From the NCBI GenBank assembly GCA_947473325.1, contig CANJEJ010000001.1, forward strand, positions 15,255 through 79,254: 64,000 bases of DNA, written 5' to 3'. This stretch comes from Alphaproteobacteria bacterium (lineage in GTDB: Bacteria > Pseudomonadota > Alphaproteobacteria > SHVP01). Position numbers and translations under genes: made by a program. Numbering within the stretch: position 1 is the first letter of the stretch; every line of letters starts with the position of its first letter. Positions 1-7,985 of this stretch are shown here, one piece after another. The notes beneath the pieces were generated by a model that searched no databases, was not told the DNA's origin, and saw only the letters and a list, made by a program, of their open reading frames with translations.

Positions 1-56
1 AGCCAGCGCGCAAGGTCATCGTGGTGCCGAACCGCATCGTCAACATTGTGGTCTAG
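1..56 (+). CDS. leuS: C-terminal end of leucyl-tRNA synthetase (partial; gene starts upstream of window)
   Basis: Reading from nt 3 gives PARKVIVVPNRIVNIVV, then TAG at 54-56. This resembles the conserved LeuRS C-terminal tail, and leuS normally precedes lptE-holA. Only 17 aa are visible. Confidence 0.45.
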   Translation, partial: PARKVIVVPNRIVNIVV

Positions 57-70
57 CGGCCGCGGCGACC

Positions 71-541
71 CTAGCGTTTCACCGGTTCGAGGCCCAGGAC
101 ACGATCGAGCGACAGCGCGCCCGGCCCGCGCGTAAGCAGGAACAGGAGCGGCACCGCCCACATCAGGTGCTCGTTCCAGGCGTCGGGATAGACGAACACC
201 TCGATCACCAGTGTCATCGCCAGCAGCGGCAGCGCGGCGAGGCGCGTCAGCAGGCCGGCGAAGAGCAGCAGCGGAGCGCCGAGTTCCACTGCCGTTCCAA
301 GCACCGCCGCGAGTTCCGGCGGCAGCAGCGGCAATTTGTATTCGTCGCGGAACAGCAGCAGCGCCAGATCCCAGCTTTCGATCTTGAGCAGGCCGGAGCG
401 GAAGAACACGCCACCCACCGCGATCCGCATCAGGAGCTGCAAGACCGAAAGCGGCAGCGCGGATTCGAGTCGCGCCTGCACGGCGGCGAGGCGCGTGCGC
501 CAGGAGGCAGGGGCTGACAACTCCAGCGCGGTGGTGCTCAT
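71..541 (-). CDS. DoxX family membrane protein (last gene of the DUF2282/DUF692/DUF2063 operon)
   Basis: Track ORF 71..811 trimmed to the ATG at 539-541 (MSTTALELS...). Hydrophobic helices and LMRIAVGGVFFRSGLLK are typical of DoxX. ATGA start/stop overlap with the upstream gene. Confidence 0.8.
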   Translation of the reverse strand: MSTTALELSAPASWRTRLAAVQARLESALPLSVLQLLMRIAVGGVFFRSGLLKIESWDLALLLFRDEYKLPLLPPELAAVLGTAVELGAPLLLFAGLLTRLAALPLLAMTLVIEVFVYPDAWNEHLMWAVPLLFLLTRGPGALSLDRVLGLEPVKR

Positions 542-1320
542 GATCGGGTTCCTTCCAGCGTGAAGTCGGTGACGCAGCCTTCCGCCAGCACGGTGGCCAG
601 GTTGGCGGCGAGATCGAAGCCGTCTCCGGCGCTTTCCGCGGCAACGCCCAGTGAGGAGCCGCCGGCGAGGGCGGCACGGAAGGCAAACTCGACCGGCGAG
701 AGGTCGCGCGCTTCCACACCATCGGCTGCACGACGGATGAGCAGGCGGGTGGGTCCGGCATTCGCCATGTCGATCTGGGTGTCGAGCCGTCCCTCGCGCG
801 CCACGCGCCACAGCACGGCGGCTGGCAAGTTGGACGACACCAGTTGCGCAGCGGGATTCCAGAGAAATACCAGATCAGCGGCCTGTTCCGTCGGTATCGC
901 CGCGAGTCGAGCCGGGTCGATCGGATCCTGCAGCGGCGCATCGGCCACAGCGAAAGCGGCGTTTTCGATGCGCGCCACGTCCGGCAGCCAGGGATAGGCG
1001 TGCGCCGGTCCGAAGCGCGCAAGAAAGTCCGGCAGCGCGTCGCCATAGCGCGCCACGCGCGGATCGGCGGGCGGCGACGCCGCAATGAACTGTGCCGCCG
1101 CGAAGGCAAAGAAGCCATCGCCCACCAGCTTGACCACCGCAGGAAAGCGGCTCCGCAGCACGGCGGTCAGGCTGGTGCGGACATGGCGCTGATGGATCAG
1201 CAGGCGCTGTGGCACCACGAGCAGGCCCGCCGGTGGCACGACGCCCTCCGGCGTGGCGATGCCGAGGCGGATCTGCGCGGCGAGCGCCGCCTGCAGGTCA
1301 GGCAGCGCGGACATCGTCAT
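538..1320 (-). CDS. DUF2063-type protein (partner of DUF692 enzyme; MbnC/BufC-like position)
   Basis: Track ORF 538..1401 trimmed to MTMSALPDLQ (ATG 1318-1320). It overlaps the end of the DUF692 gene by 23 nt, the usual DUF692-DUF2063 pairing. Confidence 0.75.
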   Translation of the reverse strand: MTMSALPDLQAALAAQIRLGIATPEGVVPPAGLLVVPQRLLIHQRHVRTSLTAVLRSRFPAVVKLVGDGFFAFAAAQFIAASPPADPRVARYGDALPDFLARFGPAHAYPWLPDVARIENAAFAVADAPLQDPIDPARLAAIPTEQAADLVFLWNPAAQLVSSNLPAAVLWRVAREGRLDTQIDMANAGPTRLLIRRAADGVEARDLSPVEFAFRAALAGGSSLGVAAESAGDGFDLAANLATVLAEGCVTDFTLEGTRS

Positions 1321-2185
1321 TGGCTGCCGCGAAGGGGGCCGCGATGGCGTCGGCGCGCGCCGCTTCGTCCTGCAGCACACGGAAGTCGGGAATGTCGGCA
1401 TCCCATTCGATCAGCGTCGGGCAGGGACCGAACAGGCTCAGCGCCTCGGCATAGAGGTCCCACACCGCGCCATCGACGGCGGTACTGTGGGTGTCGATCA
1501 GCACGGAGTCACCGTCTGCGTCCTCGCGCACGAAGCCGGCGAGATGGATTTCACCGATCGCGGCCGCCGGCAGGCGGCGCAACCAGGCGCGCGCGTCACC
1601 GCCCAGGTTGTGCGCCGAGACATGGCTGTTATTAAGGTCGCAGAGCAGGCCGCAGCCCGAGCGGGCCACCAGTTCCGCGAGGAAGTCCGCCTCCGCCATG
1701 CCAGGGTCGGCAAAGGCAAGGTAGGCGGACGGATTCTCAACCAGCAGGCGCCGGCCGAGCGCCGTCTGCACGGCATCAACATGACGCACGACGGTGCACA
1801 GCGCTTCGTCGGTGTAGGGCAGCGGTAGAAGATCGTTGAGAAAGGCGCCGCCGGCGCCACACCAGGCAAGGTGCTCGGACACCGCAAACGGTTCGATGCG
1901 AAGGACGAGATCCTTGAGGCGCGCGAGATGATCGTCGTCAAGCGGCTCGGCACCGCCGAGCGACAAGCCGACGCCGTGGAGCGACACCGGATAGTCCTGA
2001 CGTACGCTCCACAGCGCCCTGAAGGCCGGCGTGATGTCGCCCGGCCGGTCCGTCATGTGATTCTCGGCATGCACCTCGAACCACGCAGCGGCAGGATGCG
2101 ACGCAAGCACCAGGTCGATATGTGGCGCGCGCAGGCCGATGCCGGCGCGCGCCACGATCGGGGTATTGGACTTTCCTGGGCTCAC
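1298..2185 (-). CDS. DUF692 (UPF0276) MbnB-like TIM-barrel enzyme
   Basis: 295 aa. GIGLRAPH, FEVHAENHM, SLHGVGLSLG, VSEHLAW, LLVENPS and IGEIHLAGF blocks are characteristic of the DUF692/MbnB family. Confidence 0.85.
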   Translation of the reverse strand: MSPGKSNTPIVARAGIGLRAPHIDLVLASHPAAAWFEVHAENHMTDRPGDITPAFRALWSVRQDYPVSLHGVGLSLGGAEPLDDDHLARLKDLVLRIEPFAVSEHLAWCGAGGAFLNDLLPLPYTDEALCTVVRHVDAVQTALGRRLLVENPSAYLAFADPGMAEADFLAELVARSGCGLLCDLNNSHVSAHNLGGDARAWLRRLPAAAIGEIHLAGFVREDADGDSVLIDTHSTAVDGAVWDLYAEALSLFGPCPTLIEWDADIPDFRVLQDEAARADAIAAPFAAANDDVRAA

Positions 2186-2207
2186 GCCGCGGTTCCCGGT
2201 CGGTCGA

Positions 2208-2480
2208 TCAGGCCTTCTTGGGCGTCATGCTGCCGCCGGTGATGCGTTCGCACATGCCGACGGGGACATAGACCCAGGCCGCCGGGTCGGCATCGCGCCG
2301 TGCCGTGCCGCCGCAGGAATTGTTGCCGGCCGAGGCACAGTCATTCTTGCCGGCCTTCGAGACGCCGTAGCATTTCTCGGCCTTGAATTCGGGGGCCTTT
2401 GCCGGCGCCTGCGCGCTGGCGGCAGCGGGGATGGCGATAGCGGCAGCGAGGGCCGAAGCGACGAGGAAGCGGGTATTCAT
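2208..2480 (-). CDS. DUF2282-type secreted Cys-rich peptide (candidate RiPP precursor, BufA-like)
   Basis: 90 aa. Signal peptide MNTRFLVASALAAAIAIPAAASA, then EKCYGVSKAGKNDCASAGNNSCGG...VPVGMCE with 4 Cys. Lies 22 nt upstream of the DUF692 gene on the same strand. Confidence 0.8.
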   Translation of the reverse strand: MNTRFLVASALAAAIAIPAAASAQAPAKAPEFKAEKCYGVSKAGKNDCASAGNNSCGGTARRDADPAAWVYVPVGMCERITGGSMTPKKA

Positions 2481-2539
2481 GGCGTAAGCTCCAGTTCAGG
2501 GTTCCGAAGGCCGCGCCGCAGCGGGCCTTCGCATCCCTG

Positions 2540-2565
2540 TTCTGTCGCGCCCGCCGCCGGGTTAC
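2540..2565 (-). promoter_or_regulatory. candidate ECF (SigF-type) promoter upstream of the DUF2282 gene
   Basis: The minus strand reads GTAACC-N16-AGAA about 60 nt upstream of the ATG at 2480. From memory, Caulobacter SigF-dependent promoters are GTAACC-N16-CGAA. Confidence 0.3.
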
Positions 2566-2598
2566 TGTCCGTCCGCAAATTTTTTCACCGGCGATGCC

Positions 2599-3174
2599 TT
2601 GACCGATTCCGCGCCCTTTGCCGAGACTCCGCAGGACCAGCAATGGCGCCGGCTGATGGCTGCTGCGCAGAATGGCGATCAGGTGGCCTATGCGGCCCTG
2701 CTGCGCGATCTCCTCCCCTATTTGCGCGCCATGGCCCGGCGGCGGTTCCGCCAGGCCGAAGAAGCGGAAGATGCCGTGCAGGACATCCTGCTGACGCTGC
2801 ACACCGTGCGGCACAGCTATGACCCGGCGCGGCCGTTCCGGCCGTGGATCGTCACCATCGCGCGGCGGCGCATCGCCGATCGCATGGTCAGGCTGGGCCG
2901 CCGCGCCGCCAATGAAATGCTGTCGGCGCTGGATGACGATGAAACCTTTTCGGTGCCCGTGACGAACAGCGATATGGAGACGGCCGTGCAGGCGCGCGAG
3001 GCCGTCGCGGCCGTGGCGGATCTGCCGCCCGGCCAGCGTCAGGCGTTCGAGTTGCTGAAGGTGCAGGGTCTGTCGCTGAACGAGGCGTCAGCGGCGACGG
3101 GCCTGTCAGTTACCGCGTTGAAGGTTGCGACCCACCGGGCCGTGCTGGCGCTGCGCCGGCGGCTGGGCAATTGA
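2599..3174 (+). CDS. ECF-type RNA polymerase sigma factor (SigF-like)
   Basis: 191 aa, TTG start. Region 2 (DAVQDILLTLHTVRHSYD, FRPWIVTIARRRIAD) and region 4 HTH (QRQAFELLKVQGLSLNEASAATGLSVTALKVATHRA). Confidence 0.9.
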   Translation: MTDSAPFAETPQDQQWRRLMAAAQNGDQVAYAALLRDLLPYLRAMARRRFRQAEEAEDAVQDILLTLHTVRHSYDPARPFRPWIVTIARRRIADRMVRLGRRAANEMLSALDDDETFSVPVTNSDMETAVQAREAVAAVADLPPGQRQAFELLKVQGLSLNEASAATGLSVTALKVATHRAVLALRRRLGN

Positions 3175-3190
3175 GTTGGAGCGGAAGGGA

Positions 3191-3853
3191 ATGCGTACGG
3201 AAGACCTGATCGAGCAGATGGCCGCGACGGCAGAACCCGTCCGCCGCCTGCCCGCGCCTTCCGTCCTCGCCCTGGCCTGGCTGGTCCTGGCGGTGGCGCT
3301 GGTCTCGCTTGTCGTGTTGTGGCAGGGCTGGCGGCCCAACCTGGCGGGTCAGCTGGCAGAGGTCGAAGTTCTGGTTCCCTGGCTCGCCTCGATCCTAACC
3401 GGCGTGCTTGCGGTGCTGGCGGCCACCCATCTGGCGGCGCCGGACCGCTCTGCGAGGTGGCGCTGGGTGCCCCTGCCCGCCTTCGCGCTGTGGGTGGCGA
3501 CGCTGGGCGGCGGCTGCTTTGCCGAATGGCGGGAGTCGGGCGATCTGACGATGGCGCCCGGAATGGATTGCCTGCCCGAGATCGCGATTATCAGCCTGCC
3601 GCTGTCGCTGCTTCTGTTCGGGCTGCTGCGCCATGCCGCGGCGATCCGGCCGGTTTCGACCGCCGTGACCGGTGCGCTGGCGGTGGCGGCCCTGGCGTCG
3701 GCCGGGATGGAGCTGTTTCACCACGCCGATGGCGCCTTGTCGGTGCTGGTCTGGCACGCCGGCGCGGTGACGCTGCTGGTCACCGGATTTGCGCTCGTCG
3801 GGCGTCCGCTCTTTCGGCTGATCGCCATTCGGAAACCGCGCTTCGCCCGCTGA
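3191..3853 (+). CDS. nrsF: NrsF-family (DUF1109) membrane anti-sigma factor
   Basis: Track ORF 3125..3853 trimmed to MRTEDLIEQMAATAEPVRRLP (ATG 3191). Multiple TM helices, two Cys (GGGCFAEW, GMDCLPE), directly downstream of the ECF sigma gene. Confidence 0.8.
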   Translation: MRTEDLIEQMAATAEPVRRLPAPSVLALAWLVLAVALVSLVVLWQGWRPNLAGQLAEVEVLVPWLASILTGVLAVLAATHLAAPDRSARWRWVPLPAFALWVATLGGGCFAEWRESGDLTMAPGMDCLPEIAIISLPLSLLLFGLLRHAAAIRPVSTAVTGALAVAALASAGMELFHHADGALSVLVWHAGAVTLLVTGFALVGRPLFRLIAIRKPRFAR

Positions 3854-3869
3854 CGCCGGGCTGTCCGCT

Positions 3870-4433
3870 GTGGCAGACTCGGCGCGCATGATTTCCCTGT
3901 TCCGCCCCCCCGACCGCCGCCGTTTCCTGCGCCTTGCCAGCCTTGGCGGCGCCATGGGACTGCTCGCCGCCTGTGGTTTCCAGCCGATGTACGGACGTCA
4001 GGAGGGGCGCCGGCCTGGCTTCGACGCCTTTTCCGAAGTGGCCATTGCGCCCATCCCCGAACGGGTCGGGCAGCTTATCCGCAACCGCCTGCTCGACCAG
4101 GTGAATCCCTATGGCGAGCCCGGCGCGGCGCGCTACACGCTGGGCGTCACCTTCGCGCGCAACAAGGTGGCGGTGGCGGTCGATCGCGACCAGACCATTA
4201 CGCGCTACAACATGACGCTCGTGGCGTCCTACGTCCTGACCGAGAACGCGAGTCGCTCCATTGTGACGCGGGGCTCCACACGCTCGGTCGCCGCCTTCAA
4301 TATCGTCGGGTCGGAGTTTGCCAACATCGCGGCGGAGCATGATGCCGAGGAACGTACCGCGGTGTCGGTGGCCGATGACATCGCGTTGCGCCTTGGTGCC
4401 TATTTCGCCGATCCGAACCGGCGCGCGGGCTGA
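3870..4433 (+). CDS. lptE: LPS-assembly lipoprotein LptE
   Basis: Lipobox LLAACG after a twin-Arg-like leader, LptE-like body, position immediately before holA. GTG start at 3870; alternative ATG at 3888. Confidence 0.75.
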   Translation: MADSARMISLFRPPDRRRFLRLASLGGAMGLLAACGFQPMYGRQEGRRPGFDAFSEVAIAPIPERVGQLIRNRLLDQVNPYGEPGAARYTLGVTFARNKVAVAVDRDQTITRYNMTLVASYVLTENASRSIVTRGSTRSVAAFNIVGSEFANIAAEHDAEERTAVSVADDIALRLGAYFADPNRRAG

Positions 4434-4436
4434 TCC

Positions 4437-5477
4437 GTGCAGCTGAAAGGCCGCCAGATCGAGGCTTTCGTCCGCCGGCCAGAGCCGGGCATCCGCGCCG
4501 TCCTGGTGTATGGGCCTGATGCCGGCTTGGTCAGTGAACGCGTCAGCCTGCTGGTCAAAAGCGTGCCCGGGGCCGCTGAGGATCCTTTTCGGTATGCGGA
4601 GCTAAGCCCTTCGAGTCTGAAGGACGGCGCTGCGCTGAATGACGAAGCGGCCGCGCTATCTCTCACTGGGGGCCGCCGCGTCATTGTCGTGCGGGGGGCT
4701 ACGGATGGGCTCGCCGACAGTTTCGCCGAGCTTGTCGATGGTCAGGTGCCGGGCGACAGTCTGGTAGTCGTCGAGGCCGGCGATTTGACCGGCACCTCCT
4801 CGTTGAGGAAGATGTTCGAGAAGGGCGAGACCGGTGCCGCCCTGCCCTGCTACGCCGATTCAGAGGAAGACCGCATTGGCCTGATCCGCGCCATGGTCGA
4901 GGATGCCGGGCAGCGGATTGAATCTGCCGCGCTGGACTATCTCGGCAGCTCCCTGCCCGCCGACCGGCTGGTGATGCGCCGCGAGATCGAGAAGCTGCTG
5001 CTCTACAAGAGCAGCGAAAAGGGCACGATCAGTATCGAGGAAGCCGAGACTGTGGTTGGCGACGCCGCGGCCGTATCGCTGGACGACGTCGCCTATGCGA
5101 CGACCGGTGGCAATCCACCGAGCCTAGACCTGGCGGTGCAACGGGCGCTTGCCGATGGCAACGACCCGATTGCGATCATCAGCGCCGTGCGCCGCCATCT
5201 TCACCGCGTGCAACTTGCATCCGCCGCCTATCAAAACGGGGCCAGCCCGCAGATCGCCATGGACCGGCTGCGGCCACCCGTCTTCTTCAAGCGCAAGCCC
5301 GAGTTCCAGGCACAGTTACAGCGTTGGTCGCCCCCGCAAATCGATCAGGCGCTGGAGCTGCTGACGGAAGCTGAGTTCGACTGCAAGACGACTGGCCTGC
5401 CTTCGGAGGCCGTGTGCAGCCGGGCGTTGCTTCGGATTGCCAATGCCGGCCGGCGGACTTCAGCCCGGCGAAATTGA
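4437..5477 (+). CDS. holA: DNA polymerase III subunit delta
   Basis: 346 aa. N-terminus QLKGRQIEAFVRRPEPGIRAVLVYGPDAGLV is typical of HolA; conserved lptE-holA order. Confidence 0.85.
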   Translation: MQLKGRQIEAFVRRPEPGIRAVLVYGPDAGLVSERVSLLVKSVPGAAEDPFRYAELSPSSLKDGAALNDEAAALSLTGGRRVIVVRGATDGLADSFAELVDGQVPGDSLVVVEAGDLTGTSSLRKMFEKGETGAALPCYADSEEDRIGLIRAMVEDAGQRIESAALDYLGSSLPADRLVMRREIEKLLLYKSSEKGTISIEEAETVVGDAAAVSLDDVAYATTGGNPPSLDLAVQRALADGNDPIAIISAVRRHLHRVQLASAAYQNGASPQIAMDRLRPPVFFKRKPEFQAQLQRWSPPQIDQALELLTEAEFDCKTTGLPSEAVCSRALLRIANAGRRTSARRN

Positions 5478-5592
5478 TTAGGGCACGGAACGAAAGCCCG
5501 TTCGCAATTTTCTTCTCATTACTTTTTTGGAACGAGCGGTGCGGCCTTGCCTTTTGGCTCTGATGAGTTATTACGTTATCAGAACGAAATGT

Positions 5593-6480
5593 TCAGGCCG
5601 GTTTGCCAACGTGATGTGCGAGGCGGCGGCAAATCTCGTCCAGCTGTTCCAAGGTGCGGTAGCTGACTTTCACCGAGCCACCCTTTTTTTCGCCCTTAAA
5701 GCTGACTTCTACTGATAAACCAAGGACTTGTGAGAGGTTTTGTTCCAATTCGCGGGTGTTGGGATCCTTCTCACCCGGTTTTGTTACTTTAGCGAAATGT
5801 TTTTTTGTTTTCGGCGCGGCATCTTCCACGTCGCGGACTGTCATTCCGCTGCCGATGATCTGTTTTGCCAGCGCGAGTGGGTCTGCTGCCGCCAGCAATG
5901 CGCGACCATGACCCGCCGTGATCTGGCCGGCGTCGAGCATGTCGAGCACTTCCTGCGGCAGGTTCATCAGCCGCAGCGTGTTGGCAACGTGGCTTCGGCT
6001 CTTGCCCACAAGCTGGGCGACCTGTTCCTGGGTGCGGCCGAATTCAGCGAGCAGGCGCTCGTAACCCTTTGCTTCCTCGATTGGCGACAGGTCGGCGCGC
6101 TGGATGTTCTCGATGAGTGCGACTTCCAACGCTTCGATGTCATTGAAGTCCTTGATGACAACCGGGACCTGGGTGAGCTGGGCGCGCTGCGCCGCCCGCC
6201 AGCGCCGTTCGCCGGCGACAATCTCATAGGAATCCGGTGCGCCTTCGATGCGGCGCACGAGAATCGGCTGCAGAATTCCATGCTCACGGATCGACGACAC
6301 CAGGTCGCTCAGCTGGGCCTCGTCGAAATGCAGGCGCGGCTGGTAGCGGTTCGGGCGCAGAAATTCGATCGGAACGTCCTTCGAGGGCCGGGCCTTGTCG
6401 AGCTGGGAGTAGTCTTGGGCTGCATCGCCCATCAGCGCGGAAAGGCCCTTGCCGAGTCCCTTGCGGGTGTCATCCGCCAT
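5593..6480 (-). CDS. parB: Chromosome partitioning protein ParB
   Basis: Track ORF 5593..6831 trimmed to MADDTRKGLGKGLSALMG (ATG 6478-6480). ParB box and HTH (GRTQEQVAQLVGKSRSHVANTLRLMNLP). Confidence 0.95.
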   Translation of the reverse strand: MADDTRKGLGKGLSALMGDAAQDYSQLDKARPSKDVPIEFLRPNRYQPRLHFDEAQLSDLVSSIREHGILQPILVRRIEGAPDSYEIVAGERRWRAAQRAQLTQVPVVIKDFNDIEALEVALIENIQRADLSPIEEAKGYERLLAEFGRTQEQVAQLVGKSRSHVANTLRLMNLPQEVLDMLDAGQITAGHGRALLAAADPLALAKQIIGSGMTVRDVEDAAPKTKKHFAKVTKPGEKDPNTRELEQNLSQVLGLSVEVSFKGEKKGGSVKVSYRTLEQLDEICRRLAHHVGKPA

Positions 6481-6494
6481 GGCGAGCTCCGGAG

Positions 6495-7325
6495 TCACGC
6501 GGCCACCGCCGGGGTTTCTTCGCGGCGAAGAAATTCGCGGGCCAGGTCCATATAAGCCCGGCTGCCCGAACAGGTGTGGTCGTAGATAAGGGCCGGCTTG
6601 CCGTGTGACGGCGCCTCCGAAATTCGGACATTGCGCGGAATGATGGTGTCGAACACCTTGTCGCCGAGATGGCCGCGGGCGTCCTGCGCCACTTGCTCTG
6701 ACAGATTGTTCCGCTTGTCGAACATGGTCAGGACGACGCCCTGCAGCTCGAGCTTCGGGTTGAAGCTGCGCTTCACCATCTCGACCGTGCGCAGCAATTG
6801 CGACAGGCCTTCGAGGGCAAAGAATTCGCATTGTAGCGGAACAAGAATTGCGTCAGCAGCGGTCAATGCATTTAGCGTAAGAAGGCCAAGCGCCGGCGGA
6901 CAATCGATGAGGATGTAATCATAGTCCGTACCGGCCCCTTCGAGGGCCTCGCGCACGCGGAAGCTGCGGCGGTCGACGCCGATCAATTCCAGTTCGGCGC
7001 CGAGCAGATCCACCGTGGCCGGCACGATATCGAGGCCAGGGATGCGCGTATGACGGATTGCCTGGCGCAGCGTCGCGGCGCCGGTCACCACATCGTAGGA
7101 ACTGATGGTCCGATCGTTGCGGTCAATACCCAGGCCGGTCGAAGCATTGCCTTGCGGATCGAGGTCAAGAATCAGCACCCGGCGATTCACCGCGGCAAGA
7201 CCTGTCGCCAGGTTGATAGTCGTGGTCGTCTTGCCCACACCACCCTTCTGATTGGCGACCGCAAAAACACGGTGTTTTCCGTGCTTTTCCTCGATTGTCA
7301 GGACTTCAGGGAGACTGTTTTCCAT
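6495..7325 (-). CDS. parA: Chromosome partitioning ATPase ParA
   Basis: Deviant Walker A VANQKGGVGKTTTTINLA. Start taken at MENSLPE (7323-7325); an upstream in-frame start at 7364 is possible. Confidence 0.95.
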   Translation of the reverse strand: MENSLPEVLTIEEKHGKHRVFAVANQKGGVGKTTTTINLATGLAAVNRRVLILDLDPQGNASTGLGIDRNDRTISSYDVVTGAATLRQAIRHTRIPGLDIVPATVDLLGAELELIGVDRRSFRVREALEGAGTDYDYILIDCPPALGLLTLNALTAADAILVPLQCEFFALEGLSQLLRTVEMVKRSFNPKLELQGVVLTMFDKRNNLSEQVAQDARGHLGDKVFDTIIPRNVRISEAPSHGKPALIYDHTCSGSRAYMDLAREFLRREETPAVAA

Positions 7326-7923
7326 GCTGGAAAGCCTCAATTTGGATGATCCGCGCCGCGGCATCGGTAATGCTCGGCACCAATCTGTAATCGATCTTCC
7401 AAGATTTAGTGGCTTCGGTCAATTCTTTCTCGACATCTTGTCCCTTTGGAAAGAGGCAGACCGTTCCTTCTTTCCTCAAACAGGAGGCGTATTCGAGGAG
7501 TTGCGTCAATGGCGCCAGGGCGCGTGCTGTTATGATGTCGGCCGGAGGGACCACGAGTTTCTCGATGCGAACAGACTGAACCTGGACGGCCAGCCCCATC
7601 GCCCGCGCAGCCTCGCGCAGAAATGTCGCCTTGCGACTGTCGGATTCCACCAACGTCATGTCGGGGGCTCCGAACGCCGCCAGCACTAGGCCGGGGAAGC
7701 CGGCGCCACTGCCGAGGTCGATCCAGCACCGTGCGCCGGTTGGAGCCAAGGACCAAAGCTGTGCCGAATCGAGCATGTGACGCTGCCACAATTCAGGAAG
7801 CGTCTTTGGCCCGACGAGATTGATTTTCGCCTGCCATTTGGCCAGCAGATCCGCATAAATCCGCAGCCGCTCCATCACGGCTTCGGCTGCACCCATTTGG
7901 CGCTGAAATTGCTCTGGCGTCAT
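7306..7923 (-). CDS. rsmG: 16S rRNA (guanine527-N7)-methyltransferase RsmG (GidB)
   Basis: 205 aa. SAM motif IDLGSGAGFPGLVLA; conserved mnmG-rsmG-parAB order. Confidence 0.95.
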   Translation of the reverse strand: MTPEQFQRQMGAAEAVMERLRIYADLLAKWQAKINLVGPKTLPELWQRHMLDSAQLWSLAPTGARCWIDLGSGAGFPGLVLAAFGAPDMTLVESDSRKATFLREAARAMGLAVQVQSVRIEKLVVPPADIITARALAPLTQLLEYASCLRKEGTVCLFPKGQDVEKELTEATKSWKIDYRLVPSITDAAARIIQIEAFQHGKQSP

Positions 7924-7931
7924 CCCGGTCC

Positions 7932-7947
7932 TGTTTCACATGAAACA
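7932..7947. other. parS centromere-like site 1 (TGTTTCACATGAAACA)
   Basis: 15/16 match to the parS consensus TGTTTCACGTGAAACA; in the rsmG-mnmG intergenic gap next to parAB. Confidence 0.85.
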
Positions 7948-7968
7948 TGGGGCGCGAATCCTGACCAA

Positions 7969-7984
7969 TGTTTCATGTGAAACA
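7969..7984. other. parS centromere-like site 2 (TGTTTCATGTGAAACA, reverse complement of site 1)
   Basis: Exact reverse complement of site 1, 21 nt away in the same intergenic gap. Confidence 0.85.
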
Positions 7985-7985
7985 G

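Noticed and set aside
5478-5592. Possible bidirectional terminator hairpin (GAACG-AAAGCC-CGTTC followed by a T-rich run) between convergent holA and parB
   Set aside because: The stem is only 5 bp, too weak to call without folding-energy calculation.
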